A stretch of 64,000 nucleotides of DNA from Polyangiales bacterium (GTDB taxonomy: Bacteria; Myxococcota_A; Polyangia; Polyangiales; JBDIVX01): positions 2,885 to 66,884 of the forward strand of contig JBDIVX010000011.1 in the NCBI GenBank assembly GCA_039794305.1. The letters are read 5' to 3'. Shown here one piece after another: positions 40,160 through 50,290 of this stretch (positions are counted from its first letter, which is position 1; the number at the start of each line of letters is the position of its first letter). Under the pieces are notes generated by a model. It saw nothing but the letters and a program-made list of their open reading frames with translations, was not told the origin of the DNA and searched no databases. The position numbers and the translations under genes were made by a program.

Positions 40160-40849
40160 TCAACGCCGCCGCGCCCAGGGCTTGGGCACCAGGCGTCGGA
40201 TCTCGTCGGCGCATCCGCCGAGCGCGTATGCGTAGGCTCGGTGGCTCGTCTCGTCCCATGCCGCCGAGCCGACCGCGGGGACGTGGACGAGCGCCGTCTG
40301 GGGAAGCGCGCCGCGCTGCTCCTCGAGCGTCCGGACGACGCTGTCGCGCGCTTCCGTCCGGGCGCGGGCCGCGGGGACGCCCGCGAGGTAGCCGATGGCG
40401 AGGCCCGCCGTGCGCGAGCGGTGCTCGGCCTCGAGCGCCGGGTGGAGAGCCGCGATGAGCAGGTGGGAGGCGACCGACGGCTCGACGGAGTCGACCTCGG
40501 GCCCGAGCGCGTCCTTCATCGCATGGTGCCACTCGTTGGGGATGGGACCGCGCACGCCCGGCAGGAGCTGGCGCAGCGCGTCCTCGTTCATCTCGCCGCG
40601 ACCGAACGCGTCCGCGACGTGCAAGAGCCCCCGCCACGGCGGCTCGTCCTCGAGCTCCGGGACGAGGCCGCGCACGCACGCGACGATGGCGCGCGCGACG
40701 ACGCGGGGACGCACGCCGGTCTCGACGACCATGGCCATCATCCACCGGCCGTCGGGACAACGATCCCACGCCGAGTCGAGGCTCTCGCCCGGCTCGGGGT
40801 TCCACGGCTCGGTCCAGCCCGGGAGACGCTGAAAGAGATCTTTGCTCAC
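40160..40849 (-). CDS. Hypothetical helical protein, possibly Imm-5-like
   Basis: 'AWDRCPDGRWM', 'AIVACVRGLV', 'FGRGE', 'CADEIRRLVP'. Lies 5 bp downstream of the preceding gene. Confidence 0.5.
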   Translation of the reverse strand: MSKDLFQRLPGWTEPWNPEPGESLDSAWDRCPDGRWMMAMVVETGVRPRVVARAIVACVRGLVPELEDEPPWRGLLHVADAFGRGEMNEDALRQLLPGVRGPIPNEWHHAMKDALGPEVDSVEPSVASHLLIAALHPALEAEHRSRTAGLAIGYLAGVPAARARTEARDSVVRTLEEQRGALPQTALVHVPAVGSAAWDETSHRAYAYALGGCADEIRRLVPKPWARRR

Positions 40850-40854
40850 ACGAG

Positions 40855-43800
40855 TTACAGGTCGATGGCGGTTTCGCGCGCCTCGGCCTGGTCCACCGCG
40901 CGGCAGAAGCGCGCGAAGACAGCATACTCCGTGGGAGCCACTCTCATCACGGGCAATCGTACCGATCGTCGCAGCGTGAACGCCTGCCCCTCGCGCTCAC
41001 CCTCCATCCGGAAGCGGGCACCGTTCGGCCCGGAGAGCTCCACCGCGCGGGGCGGTTCGGGGACGGACACGCTCGCGGGCAGGTGCACCGTGACCCGCGC
41101 CTCCACGTCGATCGGGGGCGCCACGAGCTGCGTCGTGGTGCGCTGACCCAAGCCGGCGTAGGTCGGGGCGAGGTGGGTCGGGAACAGGCCGGGCACGATC
41201 CACCGTTCGCCCTGCCTGCGCCCGAGACTGCGGACCTCGAAGGCGTACTCGAGCACGAGCGGGCGCTCCGGATCCTCGCGGCCGACGATGCGCAGCCGCG
41301 TCATCTCGGCGCCCGGGACGAGGCGCGCCACGTACGCCTCACCGAACCTCGACTCCAGCGTGGCGTCGGGCACCCCTTCGAGGTCGTTGCGCCAGCCGAT
41401 GGCGTTCGCGCCGTGGAAGGTCTCGACTACCTCGACGACGGCCGACCCGTCGTCGCGCAAGTGCGCGTCGACCTCGACCTCGCGCCGATCGGCGTCGTCA
41501 GCTCCGGCGGGGATGCGGACTCGCGGCGCACCGCGATCGAGGACGACCGCCTCCTGGCCGCGGAGCAGCGGTGGGACGTACGAGAAGGGCGCCCCGCGCT
41601 CGGCCGTCGACAGGAACCGGCCGTCGCCGAGGGCGACGAGCAAGTGCTCGTACGTCTCGCCGTCCGGAAGGAGCGGCCGGTTCGCGTCGGCGGCGGCGCT
41701 CCGCGCGAGGACGAGCTTCGACTGCACGCCCACGAGGCCGAGCATGTAACGGAGCACCCGCGCCCGGTTGCCCGTGCGATCGAAGAGCATGGCGGGCGCG
41801 AGCCCGAAGGCGTCATTGCTCTCCTCGATGTTCGCGAGCACCCACGCGTAGAGGCGACGCGCCTTGGCTTCGTCGCTGCCGTCGATCGCTTCTCCGACGA
41901 CCCGCTCGGCCAAACGGCGCGCGGCCGGGTCGTGCACGTCGCGGTCCGCGAGCGCGTCGAGCAGGCTGTCGACGAAGCGCTCCCACGTCGCGTTCACACC
42001 GACGTTGACCGACGGGATGTACTCGCGGGGAGCGACGCTCATCGGCTCGGGGACCAGCGGGCGGCTCTCTCGGACGCTCCAGCGCAGGACCTGCACGCCG
42101 CCCGGTCCCTCGCGCCGCTCCGTCTCGGGAGCGGGCCCGCGCGGGTCGATCACCGGCTCGACCGACGGCGGGAGCACCAGCACCAGCTCGCTCCGGTCGA
42201 AGGGCGTCTCGAAGCTGCGGAAGAAGAAGCGGTCGCCCAGGTAGCCGCCCGGGAACCCGGCCGGCGGCTCTCCCAGCCGGACGTACTCGTACTCGACGTA
42301 GTCGCCCGGCGCGAGGTTCGGGAGGCTGATCGTGTCCTTGCCCTCGATCGCGTCCGGCTCGATGCGCCGGCCGGTGTCGCCCTTGATCGTGTGGAGCTTC
42401 AAGATCCGCGCCCCCTCGGGCAGCCGGAGCTCACCCCGCTCGTCGAGCGCCTCCTCGCTCTGCACGCGCCAGATGTTGTGCGTGAGCTCGAGCGTCGAGC
42501 CGTCCTCGAAGAGACGCACGACCGTGTAGTCGAGGACGAGCACCTCGGGCTCCTCGTACGTGCGCCCCGAGGCCTCGAGCTCCCGCAGGACCTCCGCTCC
42601 GTCGAGCCGGTACGGCGTGAGATCGAAGTCACCCGTGATGGAGCGCCTGCTCAGGCGAAGCTCCGCGAGGGCGGTGGGCTCGGCCGCGACCGCCTCCGCG
42701 AGGACGCGCGCTGCCTGCTCGGGCTCGCCGCGGGCGAGCTGTCGGTCCGCCCGCGCGATCGGAGTGAGCACGCTCTGTGGCTGATCGGCGGCGATCTCGG
42801 CGAGCAGCCGATCGATGATCGCCTCCTCGCCGCGCCCGCGCGCGATCTCGAGCCGGCCGACGAGGATGCCGTGGCGGCTCTGCGGCGGCTCGAACGTCGC
42901 GAGGCGGTCGAGCTCCTCGCTCGCGCCGTCCCAGTCCCGGCGCCGGAGGAGCTGCTCGTAGAGCGCGCTCGTGCGCGCGTCGCAGGCGACGAGCTGCCGC
43001 GCGAGCCGCTCCATCTCGGCCGTCTGGCTGCGCCGCTCGGCCTGCGAGAGCGCACCGCGGATCGGGCGGCAGGCTCCGGGAGCGATCTCGCGAGCCCGCG
43101 CGATCTGACGCTCGGCCTGGCCGTACCAACCGCGCCCGAGGTACAGGTCCGTGAGCGAGAGAGGAACGGCGACGATCTCGGGCCAGCGCGCGGCGGCCTC
43201 GCGCAGGCGCTCGATCGCCTGGAGCGCGCGCCCGTCGGCCGCGTCGAGGCGTGCGAGCTGGACCGGCGGATACCAGCTCTCAGGGTCGCGGCGGGCGGCG
43301 ACTCGAAGAAGGCGCCGCGCCTCGTCGCGGCTCATGTCGCCGGGCCGGTGCGGATCGCCGAGCGCGATGCCGCCGCGGAGCTGGAGCACGGCGGACGATG
43401 CGTCGTCGTCGGCGGTGTGGTGCCGGAGCGCCTCGCGGGCCGCCACGGTGTCGCCCCGCGACATCGCCACCGTCGCCGCCAGATAGGAAGCGAAGGGGCC
43501 GTCGGCCTCCGGGCGGCCCGGCACGTCGGGGGCGGGCAGGAGCGAGCCGACCAGGACGGGGTTCGGGTGGCCGGTCGCGATCTGCACCGTCACGACGTGG
43601 CGGCCGGGATCGAGCTCCACGCGGTGGAACGTGACGCGCGGTGTCGGCTCGACGCGCATGTCCAGCCGGGCGACGAGGCGTCCGTCGACGAAGAGCTTGG
43701 CCGCGTTCGGCGTCTCGAGTCGCAGCACCTGCGGCCCGCCACGTTCGACCGTGACGACGCCTTGCGCGAAGGTCGTCCCGCCTGCCGATACCGGTCCTCC

Positions 43801-44544
43801 CCCGAGGTGGACCGAGCAGCCGCGCGTCCCGTACGTGCGCGTATCCCGCGTGCCGCGGCCGGGGCCGAGGTCGTAACGGTCCTCGAGCGGGCGGCCTGGC
43901 GCGACCGCGAAGTCGCCGTCGAAGTCGAGCAGCGTGCGCGGACCGAAGGGCCCGGCGACGCGCCACTCGGAGATGCATCCCGCGTCGGCCCCGATGCGCG
44001 CGACGGCGTCCGTGTCGCCCCGGCGGAACGCGAGCTCGACGAGCGTCTCGGCGATCCGGTAGCGCGCCGCCGCACCGAGGTGGCCGGGGTCACGGGCAAG
44101 GGTCTCGAGCCGGGGCCGCACGGTCTCCGACCAGCGCGGCGCCGCATCTGCGAGCTCGTCGACCGCGACGAGCGCCGACTCGGCGACGTACGACGCGCCT
44201 GTGCGGGGCGAACGCTGCGCCGCTTCGACCGCGTCGAGGTAACGCGCGAGGGCCTCGCCCGGGTACCCGTGCAGGTTCCGCTCGAGCGCCGCCGCGAACA
44301 GGAGCCGCTCGTCGTCCGGCGCGAGCGCGAGAGCGCGCGCGACCTGTGCCTCGACGCGCGCCGCGTCACCTCCCTCCATCAGCAGCTCTGCGAGCGCCAG
44401 CTCGCGCTGGGCGTCCGGATCGCGGGGGTTCTGCGCGGCGTGCGCGCGCAGGTCCTCGATGGTCGGGGTGGACGGCAGAGCCGCCCGGGAGCCGCACGCC
44501 CCAAGGGCGAGCGCGACGAAGACGTGGACGACCAGCGCCCTCAT
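40855..44544 (-). CDS. TPR + DUF3857 + transglutaminase-like lipoprotein lacking the catalytic Cys
   Basis: Lipobox 'LGAC', 'WRVAGPF', TPRs, 'LPNLAPGDYVEYEY'. 'RTGNRARVL' sits at the position of G-D-C in the paralogue. Confidence 0.8.
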   Translation of the reverse strand: MRALVVHVFVALALGACGSRAALPSTPTIEDLRAHAAQNPRDPDAQRELALAELLMEGGDAARVEAQVARALALAPDDERLLFAAALERNLHGYPGEALARYLDAVEAAQRSPRTGASYVAESALVAVDELADAAPRWSETVRPRLETLARDPGHLGAAARYRIAETLVELAFRRGDTDAVARIGADAGCISEWRVAGPFGPRTLLDFDGDFAVAPGRPLEDRYDLGPGRGTRDTRTYGTRGCSVHLGGGPVSAGGTTFAQGVVTVERGGPQVLRLETPNAAKLFVDGRLVARLDMRVEPTPRVTFHRVELDPGRHVVTVQIATGHPNPVLVGSLLPAPDVPGRPEADGPFASYLAATVAMSRGDTVAAREALRHHTADDDASSAVLQLRGGIALGDPHRPGDMSRDEARRLLRVAARRDPESWYPPVQLARLDAADGRALQAIERLREAAARWPEIVAVPLSLTDLYLGRGWYGQAERQIARAREIAPGACRPIRGALSQAERRSQTAEMERLARQLVACDARTSALYEQLLRRRDWDGASEELDRLATFEPPQSRHGILVGRLEIARGRGEEAIIDRLLAEIAADQPQSVLTPIARADRQLARGEPEQAARVLAEAVAAEPTALAELRLSRRSITGDFDLTPYRLDGAEVLRELEASGRTYEEPEVLVLDYTVVRLFEDGSTLELTHNIWRVQSEEALDERGELRLPEGARILKLHTIKGDTGRRIEPDAIEGKDTISLPNLAPGDYVEYEYVRLGEPPAGFPGGYLGDRFFFRSFETPFDRSELVLVLPPSVEPVIDPRGPAPETERREGPGGVQVLRWSVRESRPLVPEPMSVAPREYIPSVNVGVNATWERFVDSLLDALADRDVHDPAARRLAERVVGEAIDGSDEAKARRLYAWVLANIEESNDAFGLAPAMLFDRTGNRARVLRYMLGLVGVQSKLVLARSAAADANRPLLPDGETYEHLLVALGDGRFLSTAERGAPFSYVPPLLRGQEAVVLDRGAPRVRIPAGADDADRREVEVDAHLRDDGSAVVEVVETFHGANAIGWRNDLEGVPDATLESRFGEAYVARLVPGAEMTRLRIVGREDPERPLVLEYAFEVRSLGRRQGERWIVPGLFPTHLAPTYAGLGQRTTTQLVAPPIDVEARVTVHLPASVSVPEPPRAVELSGPNGARFRMEGEREGQAFTLRRSVRLPVMRVAPTEYAVFARFCRAVDQAEARETAIDL

Positions 44545-47500
44545 CGGTCGGTCTCCGGCGCGAGCACGATCTGCTGTCGGAGGATGGCGTCGGCACGCTC
44601 CACCCACTGGCGGAACGCGGGGTAGCGATCGGGCGGGACGCGGTCGGCCCGGAGCTCGAGCTCGGTGCGCGTTCGGATCTGCCGTCCGTCGTTCTCCACG
44701 CGCATGCGCAGCAAGCCGAACTCGCTCTCCGCCTCACCTCCGTCGGGGAGCACCGCGGCACGGTGCCCGGAGGGCACGTGCACCGTCCGCTCTTCCACGT
44801 AGGCGCTGGTGCTGCCGAGCTCGAGCGGGTAGCGGCGCGCCGCACGAGGGGCGAGCCCACGCAAGAGATCCTCGAGCACCGTCGGCGGGACGCGCAACCC
44901 GCTTCCGTCGCGGCGGGCGAGCTGCGGCACGCGCGCCCGGTACTCCACCTCGATCGGCGACTCGAGGTCCTCGAGGTTCTGCATGGTCTGGGACTCGAGG
45001 ACGAGCCCCGGGAAGGTGGCGCGGAGCGCGCGCTCGAGGCGGTCGTGGCGGGTACCGCCCGACTGATAGACGTTCCGGTAGCGCGGCGCCTCGGCGCCCA
45101 CGATGCGCTCGGCGACCTCCACCTCGGCGGAGCCGTCGGCCGCGAGCCGGACATCCATCGAGCGCGTGCGCCGGTTGTGGTCGGGCGAGAGCACCGGAGT
45201 GCGGGTGAGCCGCGCGTCCTCGGGCCCGACGACGAGGACGGTCACCCCCTGGTCCATGGCCGGCAGCTCGGTCGTCCCGCTGTGCTCGGCCGTCCCGTCG
45301 AGGTAGAGATCGAGCTCGGGGACGTAGGCGATCGCGTGGTCGAAGACCGCGAGCGACGCCGGCAGATCGTCGATGGAGCCGTTGCGACGCGTACGCAAGA
45401 GGACGATGCGCGCATCGATCCCCGCCTCGCGGAACATCGTGTACAGGAGCGACGCCTTGTCCTTGCAGTCGCCGAAACCCCGCTGGACGATCAGCGGCAC
45501 GCGGTACGGCTTGTAGCCGTGGATGCCGAACTCGAGGCCCACGTACCGGGTGTTGCGCACGACCCACTCGTGGATCCGCTGCACCTTGGTGCGGAGGTCG
45601 GGCGCGTCGGCCACGAGCTCCCGCACGACGCTGCGCAGGTGATCGTCGGCCTGGAGCTGGTCCTGGACGAGCCCCCACCACCAGCGCCCGACGTCCTCCC
45701 ACGTCCGATAGGTCGACACGTGGAGGTACGGCGCGACCTCGGTCATGCCGGGCATTCCCTGCTCGCTCCGGATCGCCGGCACGTCCTCGGCGACGAAGTG
45801 GTGCACCTGCGTGTCGCCTCGCTCGGTCCGCTCGCGACGAAGCCCCTCGAGGGCGGGCTCGTTGAAGTAGAGCTGACGCGACTTCGGCGCGATGAGGACG
45901 TAGTCGAGGCGCTCGATGGGCGAGAATCCCTGGAGGAACGTCAGGTCTCCGTAGTAGTCGGCGAAGAGGTTGCGGTGCGCGACGTCGTCGACGCGGTACT
46001 GGATCTCGACCGTGTCGCCGGGCTCGAGGCTGGGGAACACGACCACGAGCGCGCGCGTGTCGTAGTAGATGCGGTACCAGGGCTCGCCGAGCTGCTGCTC
46101 GAAGGTCTCGGTGGCCTCGAGCACGCGTCCGTCCGCGCGGTACACCCGCGCCTGGCGGACGTCGACGCGCTGGGCATCGGGATCGAACTGGATGGAGTGG
46201 GTGCGCCATTGCCGGGCGCCCTCGTCGTCGTGGACCTGCACCGCGAGCTGCTTGAAGCTCGATCCGAGACCGTTTTGGTAGACGGTGTTGACGGTCAGGT
46301 CCTCGAGCACCGTGACCGGGTAGCCGGAGCGCTCGCTCCTGCGCGCGAGCAGCTCGCGTGGCGCGACCGCGTAAGCCTCGTCAGGGCGCTGCTCGGGCTC
46401 GATCTGCTCGAGCAGCTCCCGGGTGTCGGCGTCCTGCGGCCGGAGCGCGAGCGCCTCGCGGAGCGTGGCCGCGGCGGCGTCGCGCCGGCCGAGGCGGAGC
46501 AACAGGCGCCCGTGCGCGGCGGCCAGCGATGCCTCCTCGGGCGCCACGGCGCGTGCCCGGACGAGCGCCTCGAGCGCCGCGTCGTCATCGCCGATGCCCT
46601 CTTGGATCGCAGCCGCGTAGAGCGCGTTCTGGGCGCTCCCCGGAAGCAGCTCATCGAGCGCCGCGAGGTGCTCCCGCACCACGTCTTCGTCGCCGCGCCG
46701 GAGCGCATCGACGATCAGCGCCCGCCGGCTCGACACGTCGTCGTGGCGCGCAGCGACGGCTTCACGGCGGAGCTCGACCACGCGATCGGCCCGGGCCGCG
46801 GCGTCTGCGGCGAGCGCGCGCTGCTCGATCCACGCGGGGGCGCCCGGCGCGACCGCCGAGGCGTCGTCCACGACGCGCATCGCGCTCTCGGGGAAGTCCA
46901 GGTCCCGGAGGATGGCCGCGCGCAGGACCGCCGCCTGCATCGCGACCACGCCGCCTGGCGGGATCCGGTCGAGCACCGCGAGCGCCTCCACGGGATCGGG
47001 CCCGGTCGCGCGGACGCGCGCGTGTAGAAGGAGCGCGTCGGGGTCGGTCGGTGCGATCTCGATCGCGCGCGTGGCGAAGCGCTGCACCTCCCCGCGCTCG
47101 GCCGCGAGGGCCGCGGCGAGGGCGAGCCGCTGCACGATCGGATCCTGATCGGCGGCGCGCGCGGCGAGCTGGCGCGCCCGGTGCTCGGCCGGGTCGTCGG
47201 CGCCCGTCCAGGCGAGGAAGCGCGCCAGGTCGAAGAGCGCGCCCGCGCTCGGCCGCGAGCCGCCCGCCGCCTGCTCGAGGCTCGCGAGGTCGGTCCGCGG
47301 CGGACGCGGCAGCCGAACCGCGGCGTGGCCGGCGGTGACGTCCCGGTGCGCGCTCGCGTCGGCGCGAACGCCGCGCGCGGGTCCGCCCTGCGGATCGGCC
47401 ACGCGGAGGAAGAACCCCCAGGTGGTCTCCGCGACGCACGCCTTGACGAGGACCCGATTCCAACCCGCGTGCGCGCCCACGACCGCGACGTGCCGGTCCG

Positions 47501-48209
47501 GGTCGGGCTGGCGAGTCACCTCGTCGGAGAGGACCTGCTCGCCGTTCCACCACACCTTGACCGCGCCGCCGTTGCCGACCCACAGCCCGAGCGGCTGGGC
47601 GCGTTCGCTGTGCACGAACGTCTCGGCGTACCCGCACACGTTCGCGTTCGGTCGGAGCACCGCGTCGAGGTCGACGTAGCCGTAGTGCGAGACGTCCGGG
47701 TAGGCACGCCAGGCGACCGAGCGCTCGCGGCCCGGGAAACGCGCGTCGGCGTCCCAGGGACCGAGGCGATCGGACTCCACGGCGGTCTCCCGGTCGAAGC
47801 CCTGCTTGCCCTCGTTGTCGAAGGGACCGACGACGCGCCACGAACGGACGTACCCGAGCTCGTCGACGAGCCGGCGCGAGGCGTCCAGGTCTCCCGTGCG
47901 GAGCCGCGCGCGCGAGAGCAGCGCGCCCGCGTAGGCACGCCGCGCGGGCGACAGCCGACGGTCGGCGGCGAGGCGCTCGAGCTCCGCGGCCGTGGCCGAC
48001 GGCGTCGCCCAGTCCCAGTCACGCCACATCTCGAGCAGGGGCAGGATGCCCCTCGCCGAGCGCCCCTGGCGCACGGCCTCCTGTGCGCGCTCCCGCTGGC
48101 GCGCGTCGTACGGGTTGTCGGCGGCGGCGAGGGCCGGCGTGCCGGCGGAGACGGCCAGGGCCACGAGAACCGCAAAGGCCTGCAATTTCCGGAGGTGGAG
48201 GCGGGTCAT
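44541..48209 (-). CDS. TPR + DUF3857 + transglutaminase-like (Cys-His-Asp) exported protein
   Basis: Signal peptide, 'WRVVGPFDNEG', TPRs, 'FPSLEPGDTVEIQY', 'RYVGLEFG', 'GDCKDK', 'FDHAIAY', 'LDGT'. Confidence 0.88.
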   Translation of the reverse strand: MTRLHLRKLQAFAVLVALAVSAGTPALAAADNPYDARQRERAQEAVRQGRSARGILPLLEMWRDWDWATPSATAAELERLAADRRLSPARRAYAGALLSRARLRTGDLDASRRLVDELGYVRSWRVVGPFDNEGKQGFDRETAVESDRLGPWDADARFPGRERSVAWRAYPDVSHYGYVDLDAVLRPNANVCGYAETFVHSERAQPLGLWVGNGGAVKVWWNGEQVLSDEVTRQPDPDRHVAVVGAHAGWNRVLVKACVAETTWGFFLRVADPQGGPARGVRADASAHRDVTAGHAAVRLPRPPRTDLASLEQAAGGSRPSAGALFDLARFLAWTGADDPAEHRARQLAARAADQDPIVQRLALAAALAAERGEVQRFATRAIEIAPTDPDALLLHARVRATGPDPVEALAVLDRIPPGGVVAMQAAVLRAAILRDLDFPESAMRVVDDASAVAPGAPAWIEQRALAADAAARADRVVELRREAVAARHDDVSSRRALIVDALRRGDEDVVREHLAALDELLPGSAQNALYAAAIQEGIGDDDAALEALVRARAVAPEEASLAAAHGRLLLRLGRRDAAAATLREALALRPQDADTRELLEQIEPEQRPDEAYAVAPRELLARRSERSGYPVTVLEDLTVNTVYQNGLGSSFKQLAVQVHDDEGARQWRTHSIQFDPDAQRVDVRQARVYRADGRVLEATETFEQQLGEPWYRIYYDTRALVVVFPSLEPGDTVEIQYRVDDVAHRNLFADYYGDLTFLQGFSPIERLDYVLIAPKSRQLYFNEPALEGLRRERTERGDTQVHHFVAEDVPAIRSEQGMPGMTEVAPYLHVSTYRTWEDVGRWWWGLVQDQLQADDHLRSVVRELVADAPDLRTKVQRIHEWVVRNTRYVGLEFGIHGYKPYRVPLIVQRGFGDCKDKASLLYTMFREAGIDARIVLLRTRRNGSIDDLPASLAVFDHAIAYVPELDLYLDGTAEHSGTTELPAMDQGVTVLVVGPEDARLTRTPVLSPDHNRRTRSMDVRLAADGSAEVEVAERIVGAEAPRYRNVYQSGGTRHDRLERALRATFPGLVLESQTMQNLEDLESPIEVEYRARVPQLARRDGSGLRVPPTVLEDLLRGLAPRAARRYPLELGSTSAYVEERTVHVPSGHRAAVLPDGGEAESEFGLLRMRVENDGRQIRTRTELELRADRVPPDRYPAFRQWVERADAILRQQIVLAPETDR

Positions 48210-48332
48210 GAAGAGGAGCGGCAGGCTACCGGCGCGCGGATTGCTGGACAAGCGGGGCCCCCGCTTTGTTCCCGAGCGTTCGGACGAGCACGCTTCCGGA
48301 CCCGGGGACGAGCGCTGCTATATTCGCGCGCC

Positions 48333-49202
48333 ATGCTCCTCGGCCTGTTGCGCACGATGCGGCCGCATCAGTGGGTGAAGAACCTCTTCGTCCTGGCGCC
48401 GCTGGTGTTCGCCAAGGAGCTCCTGCACCTGCCCATGGCCCTGCGAAGCCTCGCCGCCTTCGCCCTGTTCTGCCTCGCGTCGAGCACGGTCTACATCCTC
48501 AACGATCTGGCGGACGTCGAGGCCGACCGCGCCCACCCCATCAAGCGCAACCGTCCGATCGCGGGCGGGGTCGTGCCCGAGCGCGCCGCCCGGACCGCGG
48601 CCCTCGTCCTCGCCGCCGTGTCCATCGGCGCGGGGCTCCTGCTGAGCCCGCTCTTCGCCGGCGCCCTGGCCGCCTACCTGATCCTGAACCTCGCCTACTC
48701 GGCCCGGCTCAAGCACATCGCCTACGTCGACGTCATGTGCATCACGGCCGGCTTCGAGCTGCGCGTGCTCGGCGGCGCCTTCGCGGCGATGGTCGACGCG
48801 AGCATGTACCTGATCGTGGTCACCTTCCTGCTCGCGACCTTCCTCGGGTTCGGCAAGCGGATGCACGAGCTCGCGCAGGGGGCGAAGGCCCAGGAACGGC
48901 GCAGCGCCCTGGTGAGCTACGACGAGCGCACGCTGACCGTCCTGCTCTACCTGACCGCCCTCGCCACCGTGGGCACCTACGCCGTCTACACCCTCGACGC
49001 CCACACCCGGCTGGCCTTCGGCACCGACTACCTCGTCGTCACCACGGCCATGCCCTTCTTCGGCGTCCTTCGGTTCCTCTACCTCGTCCGCCGGCGCCAC
49101 TCCGCCGAGAGCCCGACCGAGGACATGCTCCGCGACAAGCCCTTCCTGGCGAACCTCGCCATCTGGGTCGTCGCCGTTCTCGTGGTCATCTACCTGGGCT
49201 GA
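48333..49202 (+). CDS. UbiA-family prenyltransferase, decaprenyl-phosphate phosphoribosyltransferase type
   Basis: 'MRPHQWVKNLFV', 'YILNDLADVEADRAHPIKRNRPIAGG', 'LKHIAYVDV', 'GFGKR..EL', 'SPTE'. Confidence 0.9.
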   Translation: MLLGLLRTMRPHQWVKNLFVLAPLVFAKELLHLPMALRSLAAFALFCLASSTVYILNDLADVEADRAHPIKRNRPIAGGVVPERAARTAALVLAAVSIGAGLLLSPLFAGALAAYLILNLAYSARLKHIAYVDVMCITAGFELRVLGGAFAAMVDASMYLIVVTFLLATFLGFGKRMHELAQGAKAQERRSALVSYDERTLTVLLYLTALATVGTYAVYTLDAHTRLAFGTDYLVVTTAMPFFGVLRFLYLVRRRHSAESPTEDMLRDKPFLANLAIWVVAVLVVIYLG

Positions 49203-49210
49203 CCAGAGCC

Positions 49211-50290
49211 CTACCGGTCGACGGCGCCGTAGGAGAGGAAGACGACCTCGGCGGCGTCGGTGCCGTCGGTGGCGTCGACGACGCCTTCGGGGGACAGGCG
49301 GTCGCGGGGGACCTCGTGGCGAGCGAGCTCCTCGGCCACGGCGGTCGCGCGGGCGTCGGCCAGGCGCCGCGCGGCGCGGCCGTTGCCATAGGCGTTGACC
49401 TGGACGGGACCGTGCGGGTGGGCGAGCAGGAGCGCGGCGAGCTGCTCGAGCCGGCGACGCCCCGCAGGCGACGGTCGTCCGGCCTGGCCGCCGAACACAC
49501 CGTCGACACGCACGACGAGACCACGGTCGCGCTGTTCGACCGCGAAGCCCATCTGCTCGGCCGCCTCGCCGAGCGCGGCGGCCTCGTCCGGCACCGGTCC
49601 CTCCTGCGCAGCCCGCGCTTCACCGAGCGCGACGAGCGCGCCGCGGACCGCATCCTGAGCCCGCTGCATCCGTTCGGCGGGATCGCGGATACGTTCTGCC
49701 TCCTCCACCAGATCGGTCGCCTGCGAAAGGCGAGCCTCGGTCGCCCCGAGCGCGTGCGCAGCCGAGATCAGCAGCGCCGCACGGCGAAGCAGCACCTCGG
49801 CCGCCTCGCGGTACATCTGCGCGCGCTCGTCCGACCGGGCGCGGTAGCGGCGCGCCTCGTCCTCGGCCGCGCGCTCGAACGCCGCCGCCGCCTGCTGCGC
49901 CGCGACACGCGCCGAGACGCTCCGCCCCATCTCGGCCTGCAGCGCGAGCCGCGCGTGGACGTCGCGCGCGGCCTGTTCTTCGAGCGACCGCGCCTGCTCC
50001 TCGAGCGCGAGCCGCCGCTCCTCGAGCGCGAGCCGGTCCGACTCGGCGACGGCAGCGGACAGGAGCAGCCTCGCGCGGGTCGCGTGGTCCTGCGCGGCGC
50101 GCCCGTCGCCACCTCGCTGGGCACGGACCGCCTCCTGGTGCGCGCGCTCCGCCGCCCCGTACATGTCGGGGGCGCGATCGCGCGCCGCCCGCGCCTCCGG
50201 CGCGTCGAAGCGCTCCGCCGTCGTCTCCACCGGGCTCGGGCCGCCCGCGCCGCAGGCGGCGAGCACGAGCGCCCACGGCAGGATCCTCAC
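49211..50290 (-). CDS. Lipoprotein with DUF4398-like coiled coil and degenerate OmpA-like C-terminal domain
   Basis: Lipobox 'LAAC', long coiled coil, 'RGLVVRVDGVF', 'LADARATAVAEEL...VPRDRL'. Confidence 0.7.
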   Translation of the reverse strand: MRILPWALVLAACGAGGPSPVETTAERFDAPEARAARDRAPDMYGAAERAHQEAVRAQRGGDGRAAQDHATRARLLLSAAVAESDRLALEERRLALEEQARSLEEQAARDVHARLALQAEMGRSVSARVAAQQAAAAFERAAEDEARRYRARSDERAQMYREAAEVLLRRAALLISAAHALGATEARLSQATDLVEEAERIRDPAERMQRAQDAVRGALVALGEARAAQEGPVPDEAAALGEAAEQMGFAVEQRDRGLVVRVDGVFGGQAGRPSPAGRRRLEQLAALLLAHPHGPVQVNAYGNGRAARRLADARATAVAEELARHEVPRDRLSPEGVVDATDGTDAAEVVFLSYGAVDR

